From: Chrysomallon squamiferum
Taxonomy: Eukaryota > Animalia > Mollusca
NCBI GenBank assembly: GCA_012295275.1
Contig: CM022679.1
Coordinates: forward strand, 1,364,001-1,428,000
Length of the DNA: 64,000 nt
Reading direction: 5' to 3'
The notes under the pieces were generated by a model. It saw nothing but the letters and a program-made list of their open reading frames with translations, was not told the origin of the DNA and made no database searches. Below are positions 57,129-64,000 of this stretch, piece after piece. A program made the position numbers and the translations under genes. The number at the start of each line of letters is the position of its first letter. Within the stretch, counting starts at the first letter, position 1.

Positions 57129-57272
57129 AAGCTATTATAGTAAATCAAATTAATTAATTATGTTTCTCATTCTGGAATTTATTAAAAATGGGTGGGGCCA
57201 AGACACGTCGCTTTGAAATCTTGATACTAAAATTATTTCATTTGACTTTTTTATAATAATAATAATAATAAT

Positions 57273-57305
<33 letters not shown>

Positions 57306-57363
57306 AACACCAGTAACAACAACAGCAATAATAATAATAACAATAACAATAGTAACAACAACG

Positions 57364-57401
<38 letters not shown>

Positions 57402-57885
57402 CATGATGATGATAAATATTGATAGATATATATATATATATAGATAGATAGATGGATGGATAGACAGACAGATAAAGAAAGAAAAGAAACGTAAAAAAAG
57501 AAAAGAAAGAAAGAAAGAAAACTAAAGACAAAGAAAGAAAGAAAGAAAGACAGAACAAATGTAGAGATAAAACATTACCTAGTTTGGTTAACAAAATACG
57601 CAACTTAACAAAAATACCTGTTATTATTATTATAAACCTGCTTTAGCTTTTAATAATATTTTCCAGTGCAGAAACACAGATTACAAATAAGTCTATCCTT
57701 ATCCCTTTATCTTTACCGTCAGGTGTGTTGCTGAACGCTGCCAAAGGTCAGGGGCGTTTGCAAACCCTGGTAGCCACTGAGCAGTATTGACGTAAATGTG
57801 AACGTACAGATATGTGATGTTCACAACAATTAATTCATCTTGCTTGGGATATGTTTCGTCTTTGTGTGTGTGTGCTTGCGTGTGT

Positions 57886-57933
<48 letters not shown>

Positions 57934-58516
57934 GTAGTAAACTAAAATCTGTTAATATACACACAAAATCCATTCATTCACACATTCACATTAACACCAA
58001 ACGGACACACACATCCACACACATGCACATAGATACAAACACGCAAACACAACTACAGAAAATACACACAATACATTTGCACACGTAAGCAAAAGATACA
58101 CAAAGAGGAAGGCACACACACACTCACACACACACACACACACATACACACACATATGTACGTATGTTGTATGTTATTATTCAGCCCAATTAAATGAACG
58201 TTCTGCTGTTATAAAGATTCGATCCCACCTATCTGCTCCTCTGTATTTGTCCTTCATGCTAATTTAACTGTAGACAACACAAGAATAACCATCTGTGTTC
58301 TAGATACTCGTGTGTTTAAATCTCCTGATTTTTTGTCTGGCACAATTACAACACTCACGTGAAGCGTGATAAATTAGAGTTATTAAGATTAATTTACAGA
58401 GCACAATAAGTGTAATAACATGAGATTTATTTTTATATTTATTTTTTATTTTTTTTTTTTTTTTCTGTAATGAATAATCCAGAAGCTTATTGTGAAACTT
58501 ATATAATAAAAAAAAA

Positions 58517-58595
<79 letters not shown>

Positions 58596-58754
58596 GGAAA
58601 AAGATTAAGAAGAAAAAAGTAGAAGGATCAAATTATTTACATCGGAAGCTTTTTTCTTTTTATTAATGAAAAATTCAGATGTTTATAAAAAAAAAAGTTA
58701 ACTAATTTTGCAGATGAAAGTTTCATAAAAACAATATGAAGAAAAGAAAAAGGA

Positions 58755-58797
<43 letters not shown>

Positions 58798-59263
58798 GAA
58801 AAACAAAAGGAAAATAAGTAAATAAATAAATTAAAAAAAAGAATAAAGAATATCGGCAAGAAATAGATGTTAAAATGGTTTCATTAAATTAATGAGGCGT
58901 TCGTTCTTATCTGATGAGGAGATAACTCAATTGTTAAACTATTTATACAATTAGTACAGGGGAAATTTACTGTCTGATGTTTGTGTGGTTTTTTAGTAAC
59001 GCTGATTCTGAAATATAATTTAAAATATCACGACATGCTATTGTTAGATCCATTTATCTTTTTATTTATTTATTTTTATTATTCACTTACTTACTTACTT
59101 ACTTACTTACGTATTTCTTAATGAATAATTTATTTGTTTGTTTTTCTTTCAATTTGTTTTTTTTCGAAAGTTTTAGATTAAAAAATAGATTATGTAAAGA
59201 AATTAGTTTATATTAACAAAAACAACTGGTTCATTATTTTTGCTGCTGGTATTATTGTTGTTG

Positions 59264-59314
<51 letters not shown>

Positions 59315-59951
59315 TTCATCTTCTTCTTCTTCTTCTTCTGATTATTATTATTTAATAATTTGTTTTGGATTTATTATCATCATAATCATTATTATTAAAT
59401 AAATAAAGTCATGAATTAATCGCACAGGTAAACTGAATGTGTAATTTTGATATCTGTTGTTTGTTTAATTATTTTATTATATTTAATCAGCCATCAGCGA
59501 GTTTGCCTGCTTCTTTTTCTCTTTTCCCTTCCTCTCACTAAAACCTCTTTTTCTTTATTTCTAACTTTTTGTCTTTCTTTTTATATGTTCTTTTTTCCTT
59601 TTTCTTTCAACGTAATCAGCCAAAATAAATTAAAACGTATGATTCATATTTATTTGTTACATAATAAGATGCATAGAAATAAATTGTAACATATAAATAA
59701 AGGTACATATGTAATCAAATTTATTTTTCAATAAATCAAACTTAAAGATGAATATGGAATACGGAAACATTTAATACTAGTTTTACTGGATCGACTGAAG
59801 CAGCAAAAGATAAATGGATTTAAGTTGTCATAGGGAATTTGTCCACGTAGTTCATTCTATGCAACAAAAACAGTCACAAAATACATATACACAGATGAAT
59901 ATAAACATTAATAAATGTACACACATAGAAAGCGAAAAGAGACAGACACAC

Positions 59952-60065
<114 letters not shown>

Positions 60066-60138
60066 AAAGTTTTAAATACTGGTGTGTTGTTTAATATCTC
60101 ACCTCACTTTTGTACATTTAACAGACGGGTTCTGTGAT

Positions 60139-60987
60139 TTAAATAGTTAATCGACAGTTTGTTCGTGTCCACTGTGATATCACGTGCTTTGCTGTTGGTC
60201 GTAATTCTGGATCCATCTTGCACATTTCTGTTATAAATCCACTGATATATGCCACACATTCCTCTTTTCTCGCTGTATTTCGTGGGAAAGTGAAACCTTT
60301 TGTCTTCTGTTCTTGCAAAATGGCTGCCTCCGTCCCTCTGAACGGAACGTCACAAAACGTCATGAAGTACAGCACGCACCCGAGACTCCAAACGTCAGCG
60401 CACAAAGGTTTAAACGGCCTGTGAGACAGCACTTCAGGTGCAAGGTAAGAGTTTTGTCCCAGGTAGCTGTGACAGAGGACAGGTTTGCCGTTCTTGTCGG
60501 TGCACAACATGGCCGTTCCGAAGTCGGCGAGTTTCACGAGGTTTTCAGACACCATTAGCATGTTGCTAGGGTTGACGTCACAGTGACCTACTTTGTTGCT
60601 GTGACAGAACGACAAGGCAGACAGGAGCTGACGAAACACGCTGGAAATGAAGACGTTGCTCGCTGTTCCCTTTTCTCTGACGAAACACTGCAGATTTCCC
60701 AGCCCCGCGTACTCCATGACGATGCACGCCACGTGCGAGAAGCAGACGACGTCCTTTATGGAGACGACGTGACGATGTCTCAGCTTCATCAGCAGCGTTA
60801 TCTCGTTAAGGATTGTGACGTCATCTTCCACGCGACGTCTCGACTCGATTTTCTTCACCGCCAAAAGTTTACCGTCACAGCGACGTTGCAGTGTGAAGAC
60901 TTCGCCGAAGCTGCCCACGTCGATGGACTGCATGACACAGTATCCTTCTGATGACAACAAGTCGATCCACGATTGTCCGGTATCCAT
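60139..60987 (-). CDS. Intronless Ser/Thr protein kinase, testis-specific kinase (TSSK)-like, divergent
   Basis: 282-aa bare kinase domain: GSFGEV, LAVK, alphaC E (ILNE), MEYAG.GNL, HCD...N, LADFG, C.D.NGK.VLC, YLAPEVL...P..P..ADVWSLG..LY.M....PF, RPT. The layout and lack of introns resemble TSSKs. Confidence 0.85.
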   Translation of the reverse strand: MDTGQSWIDLLSSEGYCVMQSIDVGSFGEVFTLQRRCDGKLLAVKKIESRRRVEDDVTILNEITLLMKLRHRHVVSIKDVVCFSHVACIVMEYAGLGNLQCFVREKGTASNVFISSVFRQLLSALSFCHSNKVGHCDVNPSNMLMVSENLVKLADFGTAMLCTDKNGKPVLCHSYLGQNSYLAPEVLSHRPFKPLCADVWSLGCVLYFMTFCDVPFRGTEAAILQEQKTKGFTFPRNTARKEECVAYISGFITEMCKMDPELRPTAKHVISQWTRTNCRLTI

Positions 60988-61659
60988 GACAACGGGATAT
61001 AATACAGGAGATATTTCTCATACATCCATTTTCTCAAGTTTACTTTACCTCGAAACTGAGCTGAATTTTCTTTCTTTTTTTCTCATAAACTTCCAGTTTT
61101 CTCCTTCAACTTGAAGAATATTCAGAACAAATCGTAAATCTGTCAGATAGCAACTGGAGAATAATTTTTGGCATTCCTAAATTAAGCGTTTTAATGAAGA
61201 CATTTACTTACAGGTTTTTTTCTCGCAGCTTTCAAAAATTGTTTTCAAAACAAAACTGACTTTAAACTTTTTTAATGAACAAAAACTTAAAAGTTAAAGT
61301 CAAAGGATTAATTACTAACCTTGAGATTAGAATCTTTGTTCTTTCATTTGTTGTCGTTTGTTTTGTTTTTGTTATTGTTTGTTTTTAAAATACAAACGTG
61401 CTTACCTTTGATTTTTTCTGTTTAGAAAGAAAACATGATTACAAAAGACATTTAAACGAGAGAAAAACGAACAAACACACGATTCAGGTTTCAACCTTTC
61501 GGCTTTGAAGTGAACCTTCTTTCGCTTAAACAAAACGAACACAGAAAGTGGAACAGCACAAACAAAAAGGAGAAAAAGTTACAAAGAAAATTCTGCCCAC
61601 ATCAAAGACAGTGAAGGTTAATTTTTGTGGCGGATCTGCTTCTTATCTGCAGAATAGTG

Positions 61660-61800
61660 GCACGAGAGCGCGCGCGCCTTTCACTGACTGGAACTGCACG
61701 TCACGTGACGCCTCTGGGTTGCCAATGCGCTGCAGAGTAGCGGGTTCCTGTCTTTGAGGACTGCAAGCGGAGGGAAGCAAGATGGAGCAATTAGTTGGAG
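61660..61800. promoter_or_regulatory. GC/CpG-rich promoter-like patch upstream of the kinase gene
   Basis: GCGCGCGC ~61667-61677, 12-bp palindrome CGTCACGTGACG 61699-61710, CCAAT ~61722; minus-strand donor (CTTACC) at ~61401. Confidence 0.45.
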
Positions 61801-62076
61801 AATCCATCTGCCTTAAATCACGTCTGATCTGACAGCGAGCCCCACGTATCTGTTAACCTGTGATAGCTGTAATATTCCCCCAGAGATCGCAAACGAGAAA
61901 TAAATAAGTTTTCCCACGGTCGTCTGAAACTTTACCTTTTATTCTGAATGTAATTTTGTGTGTGTGTTAATATAATATGTGTGCTGCATGTGCATGTGTA
62001 TGTATGTTTCTGTATTTTGAATGTAAATGGATTTGTCTCTCTGTGTAAAAATGAATGTGCGCATCTTTCTGTGTGA

Positions 62077-62127
<51 letters not shown>

Positions 62128-62786
62128 AGGAACAGATACGGGTGATGGGTGTGTTTGTTGCTCTGCCCTGGATCCGGGCATTGAAGTAGAACACGAACTT
62201 ACAGATATCTGAAAATGTCAGACAAAACAGACGTCCAGGAAATGTGAAAAGATAAAACAATTTGTATCACGAGCTGATAAACAAAACAAACAAACAAAAA
62301 CAAAAACAAAACTAACTAACTAAATAACTCACAAGCAATCAAGCGAACAAACAAACAAACAAGGAAACAAGCAAACAAACAAACAAATAAAATACACGAG
62401 GAAGATAAACTAAAGAAATTTATTACGGTTAAAGTGTATTTGTGGCGGTTTTTTTAACGTAATTAAATCTTAGTGACTTCCAGCTCACTGTTCTGTTGTT
62501 TGTAACATTCTTAGTGTGAGGAAATAACCAGAATATATTCTGAAACTGTCCTTGTTACTGTTTCTGTTATTTTCTTGTTAAATGTTACCAGAAACTTTCA
62601 GAACAAGCGGCTTCAGTACATTATTTTATAATTCCTGATGTTTGTTTAAATTCATAACAAACTTTGTTAATTACACTCATAAAATAAAATAAAATAAAAT
62701 AAAATAAATAAAAAGTGGTTTGCACAGAACCCTGAACGTCTATCATTTTTTTTGTTGTAAAATATGGCTAATCATGATTAAAATAT

Positions 62787-62824
<38 letters not shown>

Positions 62825-63413
62825 GAAATAAAATAAAATAAAATAAAATAGCATTAAATAGGAATTTTGTTTAAAAAGTACAAATGAAAAAAAAAAAAAA
62901 AAAAAGAAAAAATAAAGGTGGAAAATATTCATAGCATATTTCTTAGCGCAATAACAGATAAACAGAAATAGAAAAAATAAAAAATTACTTCATCTTTCAC
63001 CGCCTACGTTTTAAGCCCATTTGAAAATAGCTATTAATTCTAAAACAAGACACTAACTCTTTAACACTGATATGAAGTGATTAAAAACAACACTAATAAA
63101 AATAAATAAAAGTATCGTAGTTAACTGTTTTAAGACAGACATGAAGTAATCGACGTGTGGTAAATAAGTCATGTCTGGGAAGTGGAAATGTTTTGCAGTC
63201 ACGTTCGCCATGACAGGAAGTTTCAAGTTGAGAACGAGACTGTGATTACGTCACGCTAATTTGTTAACACTCCTACTTGTTAGCGGAGTTTTCCTTATCT
63301 TAATGTCTACACAATATTTAATTGTTTCAAACTTTAAACTGAATGAAATATTTCTTCTTTTTTTTCTTCTGTTTTTTTGTTGTTGTTTTGCTTTCTTATT
63401 TGTAAAGTGTTAC

Positions 63414-63521
<108 letters not shown>

Positions 63522-64000
63522 GGCGTGTGTTTGTGTGTGTGTATATAAATGAAAGTATTCAAAATTTGCAGTAAATACTTGTATATATCTTATTTCTGGT
63601 TTCAGTTAACTACGCTTCATTAGCTTAATTAACGTGTTACATTTATTTATTACAGAACGTCGTAATGTTAATTTATTTTGGCTCACCTCTCACTTTAGAG
63701 AAAAAGAAAAAGGAAAAAAGAAAAAAAAGATTAAAATATTTTAATCTCATCATACTTTAGACGTTAGCAAACAAGAGTAATTCCAAACAGTGCTACTGTA
63801 ACCTCTCTTCAAACTACACACTAAATATTATCACTGTAAATCACACTGGAAGTTTGCGGTTTTAATGTAAAGTAATAATCTTCGCTATTTACGAAAGACG
63901 AAACTGCGCACACTTGGCAGCAAGAAAAAGTCTGGAAAGGTAGTAAACTATTTAGGAGATTTCGGTTGATTGCGGCAAACACATGCGAACTGGCCAGACC

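Overview
AT-rich, microsatellite-dense animal genomic DNA with spliceosomal introns. It is probably a gastropod mollusc, inferred from degenerate Meta-domain SINE-like fragments and gene content. Positions 1-43619 (+) hold the 3' ~53 exons (about 5,700 codons by my hand exon sum; the 5' end lies outside the window) of one giant polycystin-1/REJ-like gene. Its mosaic ectodomain has C-type lectin, WSC, eight LamG/ConA-like, a Caspr-type fibrinogen-like, PAN/apple, PKD, REJ and GAIN/GPS modules, followed by PLAT and the polycystin channel region. Many of its splice junctions are tandemly amplified into minisatellites. At 45636-47017 (+) is a compact 5-exon gene seen only in part by the ORF track. 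It encodes a 153-aa precursor: signal peptide, a 34-aa cationic Trp/Arg-rich 4-Cys peptide, KRKR, and an acidic double EF-hand pro-domain. This is the best candidate for an undescribed host-defence peptide system. Two minus-strand single-coding-exon genes follow: an NHL-repeat-only protein (48377-49465) and a divergent TSSK-like kinase (60139-60987). Exon boundaries were read by eye and no database searches were run.
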